From Schmidtea polychroa (lineage: Eukaryota), in NCBI GenBank assembly GCA_044892525.1, contig CM097887.1, positions 27,900,001-27,964,000 of the forward strand: a stretch of 64,000 nt of DNA. The letters run 5' to 3'. Made by a program: the position numbers and the translations under genes. Shown piece after piece: positions 35,146 to 44,004 of this stretch. Within the stretch, counting starts at the first letter, position 1. Each line of letters begins with the position of its first letter. Below the pieces are notes generated by a model. The model was not told the origin of the DNA. It saw only the letters and a list, made by a program, of their open reading frames with translations, and searched no databases.

Positions 35146-36268
35146 AGCAAAAAGGAGGAAAAGGCAGGAGTGGCCTGTAAATTATTTGTCACCATACGAG
35201 GGTAGAAAAAAGATAATACCAGAACGAGTCGAAGAGGAAATGTTAAAGAGGTTCGAGTTCAGAACAAATACAGATATATTACCATCTACCTCATACCCAA
35301 CGTATAAAATGAAGTTCGAGACAATGCCACCCTTGGGTACATCAGTATTAGAGATGGTACCAAAATATCCATTCAGCACGTTGGAACGGCTAAAGGAAGA
35401 GTATAAAGATGAAATAAAATCAGAAAATGACAAGGATAGTGATGATCAACAAAAGTTCAGAGACAATATTCGAGGAATCTCAACAATATTAATGGTCAAT
35501 ATGGGTAAAAAGACTCATAAACCTACGATTAAATTAAAAGTTAACAGGCATACGGTACATGCCATTATTGATTCAGGATCAGATTTGACTTTGATTGAAG
35601 CAAATTTATTAAACGAAAAAGAATTACAAGCAATAGTGCCGACATTAACTGTTGCATCAGGAGCAAATGGACAACCTATCAATGTTATCGGAACATTAGA
35701 TTGTGAATTAAGGTTGTGTGATCAAAAATTTAGACACGATATCAAAGTCACTAGACAATGTATGGCAGAACGTATCGTGGGAATAGATATATTGAAAAAG
35801 TTAAAAGATATTGTATTCGATTGTGCAACAGGCGAATTAGTAAAAATGACGGGTAGAAAACGGGAAACCTACAGTGTGGATGTAGTGTTTTTGGGTAGAA
35901 CGGTGAAAATACCACCGAGGACCGAAACAGTTTGTTTTGTAGCAACACACCAAGAGGTGGAAGGAGATGTTATTTTCAAACCAAGTGAGCAGTTCGTAAA
36001 TAGGTATAAAACACCTATGGTGCAAAACTTGGCAACAGTACGGGGAGGAAGAATCCCGATTAGATTAACGAATCTAGCAAGCAAATCATTGAGATTATAC
36101 CCAGAGACTAGAGTGGGTAAAGTGATACAACTATCTAACATGCAGAAAGAGTCTGAATCGATATTATCAGTAGAAGAGGATGAACGAGATCCTGATATCG
36201 AATATTACGACGCACCGAGCTGCGATAGTAAAACCTTATCTAGAAAGGAAAACATCAGAGTTAACTAA
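35111..36268 (+). CDS. pro: Aspartic protease region of Pol (frame open from 35078; first ATG 35240), ending in an in-frame TAA
   Basis: VHAIIDSGSDLTLI active site and IVGIDIL motif; same frame as the RT ORF, separated by a single TAA (36266-68). Confidence 0.9.
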   Translation: MKIVLYKQYPVKAKRRKRQEWPVNYLSPYEGRKKIIPERVEEEMLKRFEFRTNTDILPSTSYPTYKMKFETMPPLGTSVLEMVPKYPFSTLERLKEEYKDEIKSENDKDSDDQQKFRDNIRGISTILMVNMGKKTHKPTIKLKVNRHTVHAIIDSGSDLTLIEANLLNEKELQAIVPTLTVASGANGQPINVIGTLDCELRLCDQKFRHDIKVTRQCMAERIVGIDILKKLKDIVFDCATGELVKMTGRKRETYSVDVVFLGRTVKIPPRTETVCFVATHQEVEGDVIFKPSEQFVNRYKTPMVQNLATVRGGRIPIRLTNLASKSLRLYPETRVGKVIQLSNMQKESESILSVEEDERDPDIEYYDAPSCDSKTLSRKENIRVN

Positions 36269-39200
36269 TTGTTACGTAAATATGACCAAATTTTCGCAAA
36301 ACACGAGTATGACTTAGGGCAAGTTAATATTTTAGAGCATGAAATTAAATTAACAGAAAATAAACCGATAAAAATACGCCCGTACAGAATACCTCAAAGT
36401 ATACAAGGGTCCGTTGATAAACAAATTAAATTAATGCAAAAATACAATATAATCAGACCCAGTAAATCTCCATATTCCTCACCTTTGGTGGTTGTAGCTA
36501 AAAGAGACGGCTCAGTTAGATTATGCAATGACTATAGGAAATTAAATGAACAAACAGTTAGTGATAATCACCCGCTACCTTTGCTAGATTACATTTATGA
36601 TAAAATGAAAAATTCAAAGTTGTTTACTGTGATGGATGCACAGAAAGGCTTTTACCAAATAAAGATGAGCGAAGACTCAATTCCTATGACAGGATTTTCT
36701 ACAAGTAGTGATCATTTCGAATATTTAGTAATGCCGTTTGGATTAAAAGGAGCCCCTCCAACTTTCCAGAGGGCAATGAATATCATGTTGATGGATGCAC
36801 ATCACGCAATGGTATATATAGACAACATTATCATCTTCTCGGAAGACTTAGATAAACATTTGGATCATCTGGAGGACATTTTCAAAAGAATAATTATGGC
36901 AAACCTGAAAGTAAAGCCAAGCAAATGCAAATGGGCAGAATCGGAAGTGATTTACGTAGGGCATGTAATATCACACGATTGCGTAAGACCAGATCCGGCT
37001 AACACGGATAAAGTAAAGAATTTCCCACAACCAGTGAATGTGAAACAAATCAAAGGATTTTTAGGGTTAACGGGATATTACCGGAAATTTATACGAAACT
37101 TTTCAGCAATTGCTTTTCCTCTAACTACCTTAGAAAAGAAAGGTATAAAATTTTTATGGGGAGAGGATCAGCAACAGGCATTTGACAAGTTAAAAGATGC
37201 ACTATGCAAACCACCAATTTTACGATTTCCAGATTTTAGAAGACAATTCATGGTGATGACCGATGCATGTACAAGAGGTATAGGTGCAGTTTTGGGGCAG
37301 AAAGATGAAATTGGTGATGAGTACGCAGTAGCATATGCAAGTCGTGGATTGAAGCCACACGAGAAAAGTTATGCTGTAATAGAATTGGAAGCATTAGCAT
37401 TAGTATTTGCAGTGGAAAAATTTAGTCATTACCTATGGGGCAGAAAGGTAATTTTCTATACAGATCATAGACCCTTGCAATGGCTGTTAAAACATAGAGA
37501 CGAAGCATCAAAATTAGTAAGATGGGCATTGAGATTACAGCCATATAATATCGAAATTGTATATCGTAAAGGTAAAGCTAATGGTAATGCAGATGCATTA
37601 TCACGAATGGAGCAAGAGCCTGAGTTAGAAGATATAAAGGAAGGAAGATTAGAAGGAACTATCTTCATGCTAACAAGAGAGGCTAACACTTTGAGCGATT
37701 TAGTAGAAGCACAGAAAAATGATGACGAAATCAATATGATCAGACAAGCCATAGAAGCAAAGGCCATACCAAATGAATTTCAGAAATATTGGGAGAAACA
37801 TAAAGATAAATTCATATTGGAAGAAGGTCTAATCAAATATGTGGAATCAAGAGATAATGTAATTTTAGTGCCAAAGAAATACAGAGAATCACTATTATTA
37901 CAATACCACGATGGAGCACTGGGAGGACATCTCTCAGCTAGACATACATTGTCAAGATTGAAAATGAAATACTTTTGGCCGAATATGAAAGATGATGTTA
38001 AAAAGTGGTGTCAATCGTGTAAGATATGTATAACCAGAAGGAACACAGGTAGGAAACCACATGTTCCATTAAAACCAATGCCAGTACCGTCCTCGCCATT
38101 GGAGATGACCGCTATGGATGTACTAGGGCCGTTTAAAGAATCAAAGATGGGAAATAAATTTATCATAGTATTTTGTGACTACTTAACGAAGTGGCCCGAA
38201 GCATTTCCAATTCCGAATCATAAGGCAGACACAATTGCCAGAATTTTTGTAGAACAAATTGTATTTAGATATGGTGTTCCGACAAAATTGCTTACAGACA
38301 GAGGAAAGGATTGCATGAGTAATTTGTTAAAAAGTATTAATGATTATTTTGGTATTTTAAAATTAAATACCTCACCATACCACTCACAGACGGATGGATT
38401 GGTAGAGAGGTTCAATGGAACCTTGGCAAACATGTTATCATCATACGTAAACTCAGGTCAGACGGACTGGGATGTACACATACCATCATGTTTGTTTGCG
38501 TATAGAAATGCTGTTCATTCAGTAACAGGAGAAACACCTTTCTATCTGATGTATTTAAGGCATAGCAAGATGCCAGCGGATCTTATATTTTATCCAAAAG
38601 CATCACAGAACTGTGATGAGGGAAACTACTTATTCGAGATGAGAGAAAGAATGCAAGAAGCCTGGAAGAAAGCAGGTTTGAACATTCGTTATAACCAAGA
38701 AACAATGAAGGAATATCATGATCGTAAAGCGAAAGATCATGGGTTTTTGGTAGGAGATTATGTCATGTTAGAAGGACATTACAACAAAAAAGGTTTATCT
38801 CCTAAATTAATGAGAAATTACAAAGGGCCGTTTCAAATTTTGAAAGTCACAGAAACCAATTTAGTCTTACAGTTAGTGGCAAACAGAAAAGCAGAACCGA
38901 TAATGGTTCATGCAAACAGATGTAAAAAGATAGCCCCACCAGAAAAGGAGAAACCAAAATCAGAAATTGATGAATTCGAAATAGATAAGAAATCGAAAAA
39001 GAAAACGTTAGAATCATATAAAAGTATCCTAAAGGGACAACCAGAACGATACCCTTTACGATCTCGGCAAATCCCGAAAACAGTTACATTTTTAGCAGTG
39101 ATTAGCTGTGTTATGATGATGGGACAGGCATTCGAGGTATTCACACCTAAAGCCAGTCAACATCCAGATATCGAATATCAACGAACAGATAGAGCATTCA

Positions 39201-40057
39201 GATTTCATTTAACGAATATACAATGGCATAGATATGATCTATATTTGGTAGCTGCTGAAAGAGGGATATCTTTTCACTTGAATACATGGGATCGAGTGAA
39301 AGTAATAGAGGGACTTATGCCGAATACAAGTTATCTATTAGAAATCAAGACATTCTTTGCAGACCCAAACGTTTTTGCAGATGGAGGAGATTGTGTAGAT
39401 AAAGCAGCATGGATTTTGAAGACTGCAAAATTTACCAAAAAAGTAGAGATTTCATATCTCGGGCAGATAGTTAGATTTACTCATCCACGGTGGAACAGAA
39501 ATGATACATCTTCCACTCACGATTGGAGGACGAATAATAAAATTGCGTTAATTGTCATATTAGAAGACGACCAGCGAGTCGAGAGATTAGTGCTCAACCA
39601 TGCGTATCTAAGTAGAAGATGGAAAATCAAACCAGATACCGTGACAAAGGCGAACATTTCGTATTTGGAATTTACGGAGAGAACCGGTTGGTATACAATA
39701 TATCAAGAAATAATAAATCTAATACCTCCCACAAGAGGAGAACTAACTAGCAAAGAAGGAAAGGCTAGATTAGTGAATATTCCTGGTTGTAAAGGAATAA
39801 ATGCTTTAGATTGGTTTAGTATTAGAAAGGTAGCGAGTGTAAAACAGCCCCGCATAACTAAAAAAATTAATAATTGTAGTTGTCAAAATACGTTAAAGGG
39901 GGCAGCGAGGGTGAAAACGCCAACATGGCTAATGTTAATTATGATAGGGGGAGTAATTTGCATGATTTTAATTTTGCTCTTAACCACCCTATGGATGTTT
40001 AGATTAAATATACGAGATATGCGTTATTGGGAAAATATTTACGAAACCGAGGTATAG
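36269..40057 (+). CDS. pol: RT - RNase H - integrase, with C-terminal signal-like/FN3-like/TM extension; RT active site reads YIDN
   Basis: LCNDYRKLN, MPFGLKGAP, YIDN; TDACTRGIGAVL, ELEALA, YTDHRPL, NADALSR; HHCC finger, MDVLGP, LTDRG, VERFN; TM WLMLIMIGGVICMILILLLTTLWMF. Confidence 0.95.
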   Translation: MLRKYDQIFAKHEYDLGQVNILEHEIKLTENKPIKIRPYRIPQSIQGSVDKQIKLMQKYNIIRPSKSPYSSPLVVVAKRDGSVRLCNDYRKLNEQTVSDNHPLPLLDYIYDKMKNSKLFTVMDAQKGFYQIKMSEDSIPMTGFSTSSDHFEYLVMPFGLKGAPPTFQRAMNIMLMDAHHAMVYIDNIIIFSEDLDKHLDHLEDIFKRIIMANLKVKPSKCKWAESEVIYVGHVISHDCVRPDPANTDKVKNFPQPVNVKQIKGFLGLTGYYRKFIRNFSAIAFPLTTLEKKGIKFLWGEDQQQAFDKLKDALCKPPILRFPDFRRQFMVMTDACTRGIGAVLGQKDEIGDEYAVAYASRGLKPHEKSYAVIELEALALVFAVEKFSHYLWGRKVIFYTDHRPLQWLLKHRDEASKLVRWALRLQPYNIEIVYRKGKANGNADALSRMEQEPELEDIKEGRLEGTIFMLTREANTLSDLVEAQKNDDEINMIRQAIEAKAIPNEFQKYWEKHKDKFILEEGLIKYVESRDNVILVPKKYRESLLLQYHDGALGGHLSARHTLSRLKMKYFWPNMKDDVKKWCQSCKICITRRNTGRKPHVPLKPMPVPSSPLEMTAMDVLGPFKESKMGNKFIIVFCDYLTKWPEAFPIPNHKADTIARIFVEQIVFRYGVPTKLLTDRGKDCMSNLLKSINDYFGILKLNTSPYHSQTDGLVERFNGTLANMLSSYVNSGQTDWDVHIPSCLFAYRNAVHSVTGETPFYLMYLRHSKMPADLIFYPKASQNCDEGNYLFEMRERMQEAWKKAGLNIRYNQETMKEYHDRKAKDHGFLVGDYVMLEGHYNKKGLSPKLMRNYKGPFQILKVTETNLVLQLVANRKAEPIMVHANRCKKIAPPEKEKPKSEIDEFEIDKKSKKKTLESYKSILKGQPERYPLRSRQIPKTVTFLAVISCVMMMGQAFEVFTPKASQHPDIEYQRTDRAFRFHLTNIQWHRYDLYLVAAERGISFHLNTWDRVKVIEGLMPNTSYLLEIKTFFADPNVFADGGDCVDKAAWILKTAKFTKKVEISYLGQIVRFTHPRWNRNDTSSTHDWRTNNKIALIVILEDDQRVERLVLNHAYLSRRWKIKPDTVTKANISYLEFTERTGWYTIYQEIINLIPPTRGELTSKEGKARLVNIPGCKGINALDWFSIRKVASVKQPRITKKINNCSCQNTLKGAARVKTPTWLMLIMIGGVICMILILLLTTLWMFRLNIRDMRYWENIYETEV

Positions 40058-40263
40058 GGGGAAAGTCTCACCATATACTAGGAAGTGTAAATATATATAG
40101 TTATTTATTTTATATATATATGTTATTTATATTAGTATGTAGACTAATGTGGGCTCAAATGAGCATTGGTAAAATCAGACATCAGCGTATGTCGACTTTG
40201 GTTACCCTGCGAGGGTCTATCACGAAAGTGATAAAAGCTGTTAATTATTTTATTTTTAGAAAA

Positions 40264-41055
40264 ATGAATTATAACAGAGAATCAAAGCCGCCAGTCAAAG
40301 CAAATCGACGACACCCATTGGCAACGTACAATTCCCAAACTCGAGTTGAAACTGAAGTGTATAGCACCTATAAAGAAGAGTATGTATATCGGTTCATCGG
40401 AACCACGGTCGCAGCAAAAATGAATCACCTCACCTCAAACTATTGGTATTATCCCAGGAGAGTGGATATTCCAAACGACTTCAAATTTCCAGGAGGGCCT
40501 CGAAGGCAAATGATGGTAACGGTTATAAATAACCAAGGTAGATTAAAATTGGCGGAACTATGTAGAGAGTATGGTTCATGTCCGAAAATAGAAAACTTGT
40601 GGATTCATGCGATCAATAGGCCATTCACGGTGTTTATGGCGGGATTAGAGTTACCTGTTGAATTAGAAAAACAGTGTACTCTGGAGATATACCACGCTGA
40701 TGGACGAGAACGGAATATTATGATCCAGGCAGCGGCGGTGGACACCATAATCGCAATAGAAATCTTAGACTTCAGGAAGCCATACTCTATAGTTAGCAAA
40801 AACGAGCCAACTTGGATTTATAATGTAAATGAAGACGATATACGGCAGTGTAAATCATTTGTGAGGAAGAAGTTATCCAAAGCCGAGGAGAACGAGGCTA
40901 CAATTTTCATATCGGCAGGTTTTGCCAAATCCCGAATCGAATTGAAGGAGACAATTATCCAAATCGCAATTATGGATATGAGAGGAAATAATTTATTGAG
41001 TGCGGTAGTGACTCCCAGAGATCCAGTAAAACATTACCAAAACGCACCAATATAA
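40264..41055 (+). CDS. 3' accessory ORF (263 aa from ATG 40264); C-terminus resembles the start of a DEDDh exonuclease fold
   Basis: Splice acceptor ttattttatttttag ends at 40259, 5 nt before the ATG; IIQIAIMDMRGNNLLSAVVTPRDPVKHY. Confidence 0.6.
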   Translation: MNYNRESKPPVKANRRHPLATYNSQTRVETEVYSTYKEEYVYRFIGTTVAAKMNHLTSNYWYYPRRVDIPNDFKFPGGPRRQMMVTVINNQGRLKLAELCREYGSCPKIENLWIHAINRPFTVFMAGLELPVELEKQCTLEIYHADGRERNIMIQAAAVDTIIAIEILDFRKPYSIVSKNEPTWIYNVNEDDIRQCKSFVRKKLSKAEENEATIFISAGFAKSRIELKETIIQIAIMDMRGNNLLSAVVTPRDPVKHYQNAPI

Positions 41056-41060
41056 GTTAA

Positions 41061-42272
41061 AAGAACCCGACATTAGAGGAAATTTTGCTTAAGGATCTGA
41101 TCTCGGTAGCCAATCTACCAGTGCAGCGAATATTGGGTATTCGTGACCTTTCGGCAAATAAACTATTGGAAACCAGAGGAGTCCCAAAGATTCATGGTCA
41201 TTACAGATTGGGATTCCTGACAAAAACTTTCCTGCGTACGTTTCCCGGAGAACCAAGAAATTTAGTGGTCACCAATGAGGCACTGGCAATACGTGCTGTT
41301 TATTTACATATCAGGAACGAATGGTTAGACCATATCACGATTCCCCAGGAGGAATTCATTTCAGCAACTACAGCAGCGATAGTTGAACAGGAAATGACGC
41401 AGAAGAGGAGATTACCTGAGCAACCATCTACATCTGAGCAACCCCAACCTAAGAGGAAATCACCTGTGGATCTACCACCGCCTCCAGCTATATCTATTGG
41501 AGAAGAAGATGAATATGAAACATGTGCTAGTGAGATAGAGACAGCAAAATCACCTAAACAATCATCGGGAGCTGCCTATCAGCCAAAGAATAAATCGGAT
41601 AATGCGGTCAGAAAAGAAAATCCAGAAGGGGGCAAGGTGAAAAAGATGTTAAAGAAAATGTTACCCATAAAAAGAGACAAGTCGAAGTTAAAGTTGAAGA
41701 AAGTTGTTAAACCGTCGGAAGGAACGACAAAAGAGACACCCAGCAGTTCGGAAGATAGGACTATTAAACCTCAAAAGATATTCAGCGAACCAGATGATGA
41801 CATTATGGAAGTTGCCTTTCAACCTCCGGTTAAGGAGATGCAGGAAGCAATAAAGGTTAAATCTGAACCTGTGGTAAGGCAGAAATTGTTAAAGATTGCC
41901 AAGGAGAATATCATCAAGAAACCAGTTTCGGTTGATGTGGACGGTTTCGAACCAATGTGGTACAAACGTCCGGATAGTAAATGGAAACCCAGAGCGAAGG
42001 AGTATGACTGCCAACCAGTCACGAGAATGGCAGTCAATAATAATCAAAAATATGATGTTTATGACGTAGACGGGATCCCTTACGTGGTGTCTACAGTCAT
42101 ATTAACGAGTGCTCTGGATGGTAAGCCTTTGGCAGTGAGTTTTGAGCCAGAAGTCTTACAGAAGAGGAAAAAGAAGTTGCTGCAGCAATACGTCGTTGCC
42201 AATAGCTACAGCACGAAGGAGTTGCACCTTTACAAAGTTCCCGACCCAGATCCCGATGATCTGGATATCTAA
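41061..42272 (+). CDS. 3' accessory ORF (about 400 aa): exonuclease-like N-terminus, charged disordered middle, unknown C-terminal domain; probably once continuous with the preceding ORF
   Basis: Frame open from 41061 (KNPTLEEI...ILGIRDLS...RLGFLTKTFL...TNEALAIRAVY); 1.2-kb ORF inside the element. Confidence 0.6.
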   Translation, partial: KNPTLEEILLKDLISVANLPVQRILGIRDLSANKLLETRGVPKIHGHYRLGFLTKTFLRTFPGEPRNLVVTNEALAIRAVYLHIRNEWLDHITIPQEEFISATTAAIVEQEMTQKRRLPEQPSTSEQPQPKRKSPVDLPPPPAISIGEEDEYETCASEIETAKSPKQSSGAAYQPKNKSDNAVRKENPEGGKVKKMLKKMLPIKRDKSKLKLKKVVKPSEGTTKETPSSSEDRTIKPQKIFSEPDDDIMEVAFQPPVKEMQEAIKVKSEPVVRQKLLKIAKENIIKKPVSVDVDGFEPMWYKRPDSKWKPRAKEYDCQPVTRMAVNNNQKYDVYDVDGIPYVVSTVILTSALDGKPLAVSFEPEVLQKRKKKLLQQYVVANSYSTKELHLYKVPDPDPDDLDI

Positions 42273-42500
42273 TCCAAGAGCGTTGCCACCCAACATGTGT
42301 CGTCGAATTCAGAATGTGTATAAAAGGACTTAACTATTATTTGATTTGTGCTATCCAGTGTTTTGACATTCATTATTTGTGATCTAAAACATTAATTTTG
42401 TGTTTTTTCTTATTTGATTAATTTTTATGTTTTTATTGTAATACTGTTTACCAAAAGCCTTCTTTAGTCTTGCTTTTATCTTGTTTTCGAGACGAAAATC

Positions 42501-42517
42501 TTTTAGGGGGTAAGACT
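42501..42517 (+). promoter_or_regulatory. Polypurine tract
   Basis: ttttAGGGGGTAAGAct immediately before the 3' LTR TG. Confidence 0.8.
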
Positions 42518-43606
42518 TGTTAGGGATAGGCCTGGAGCCTTGTTGACAAAATAAATAAAAATTACTAAAATTAGAAATAGTATAAATAAAAATAATAAAG
42601 TATTACCAAAAATAAAAGATGGGTTTTATTAATTACTATTAATAGAATTAAGTTGTATATAGGAATATTTGATAATACTATTACTATATATAGTAATTAT
42701 AAAATTGCTATTGATATAATAAATAATTAAAATATGATATAAATACTGGTTCAAAACGAGAACCAAGGACGAGAAAATTGACGGAAAAATTGACGATAAA
42801 AGTAACGATAAAACATTGAGACAATAATTTGGGGCGAGAAACATTAAGAAGATTTTGGACGATAGAATTAACAAGAAAAGAAAACGTATTTCGGAGAGAG
42901 ACGATAAATTAGTTGATTGATTTAAAGAAACGTGATCAAAGAATCACGGTGTTTATTTTAATTAAATTCAACACAAGTCTGAGTTGTTGAAATTGGATCG
43001 CACACGAAGAAATTCCGGCTATAATTTCCAACCAATATCAATTCTACTATAAATTGATCAGCAAATTAGTTCAGAGGGAGAAGAAATAAGAAATAAGCTA
43101 AGAGCCAAGAATATTATCGTCACAGAATTGTAAAAAGGATTGGTCTACAACAGTGTTTGGCAATTCAGGTAGATTATATTGTCAAGGGATAAACTAGTAT
43201 CCTGTTGAATAGATAAAATTAAAGCGAATACAAAGTATAGATCTTTTACTTTAGTGTTCCCTGGGAGCCTCAAAATCATTCCCTCTTGCTTGCCCAACTC
43301 TTTAGTCATATTGCGATCGTTGTGCTACACAGGAGCCATCGATTTCTTGCAGGCTGTGGTAAACAGTAAGGATTAATAAATCCGTTTTCTTGTATTCTTT
43401 GCACATATATTATAAATATCTGTTGTAAATTATTAAATACATTTTTATAAAAGAGAAAGGCGTTTGTTGTTAATTCAGTGATTTAAAACTCATATACGCA
43501 ACCACATTAAATAACTTATTTATATTTATTTTTATTTATTTATCTTAATTAAGTTATTGGAGTCATTTGTGTTAAGATCTGTAGTCCCCGTTTTTCGATC
43601 TTAACA
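42518..43606 (+). repeat. 3' LTR
   Basis: Same length and apparently the same sequence as 28371-29459; followed by the TSD CTTA. Confidence 0.97.
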
Positions 43607-44004
43607 CTTATATAAATAATTTTATCGTCATACATTAAAACTATTAAAACACATTGGCGAATAATTTAATAAATTTTATTTTCTTTCTCTCAACCACCTT
43701 ATCGGTGCATTGGGAGACAATTCTTCTCGAAAATGAAAATATTGCCTCTATTCAACATGTGTATAAAAATTTTGCAAAAACTGCAATGTTAAATGAAGGT
43801 TAAACATGAAATTTTTGAGGTCCACAGAATCTCAAACCGATGATTTTTTATATATAACTAAGTCGACACTGGTTAATAAATTTTATTGATATTACAAATA
43901 CAAAATGGTTACCTGATAAAAATATTAAAGTTTCTTTTGTTTATTTTCGTATAATATTGTTGGGTATTTTGTACAAGCCGGTATCACTGTCTGACTCTTT
44001 GGTG

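Larger units (their letters stand above)
28371..43606 (+). mobile_element. Full-length 15,236-bp env-bearing Ty3/Gypsy LTR retrotransposon with multiple accessory domains
   Basis: Two 1,089-bp TG...CA LTRs offset by 14,147 bp; 4-bp TSD CTTA (28367-70 and 43607-10); PBS; PPT; gag; PR-RT-RH-IN order with a Gypsy-type RT. Confidence 0.97.

Noticed and set aside
36266-36268. Alternative nuclear genetic code (TAA or TGA reassigned), suggested by in-frame stops here and at 60294
   Set aside because: FCF1, PA28 and the 206-aa ORFs end at TAA and contain no internal stops; the interruptions are confined to transposon-like or unidentified sequence.
30618-42333. Numerous 60-150-aa antisense or alternate-frame ORFs inside the large element
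   Set aside because: Expected shadows of long coding frames; no motifs.
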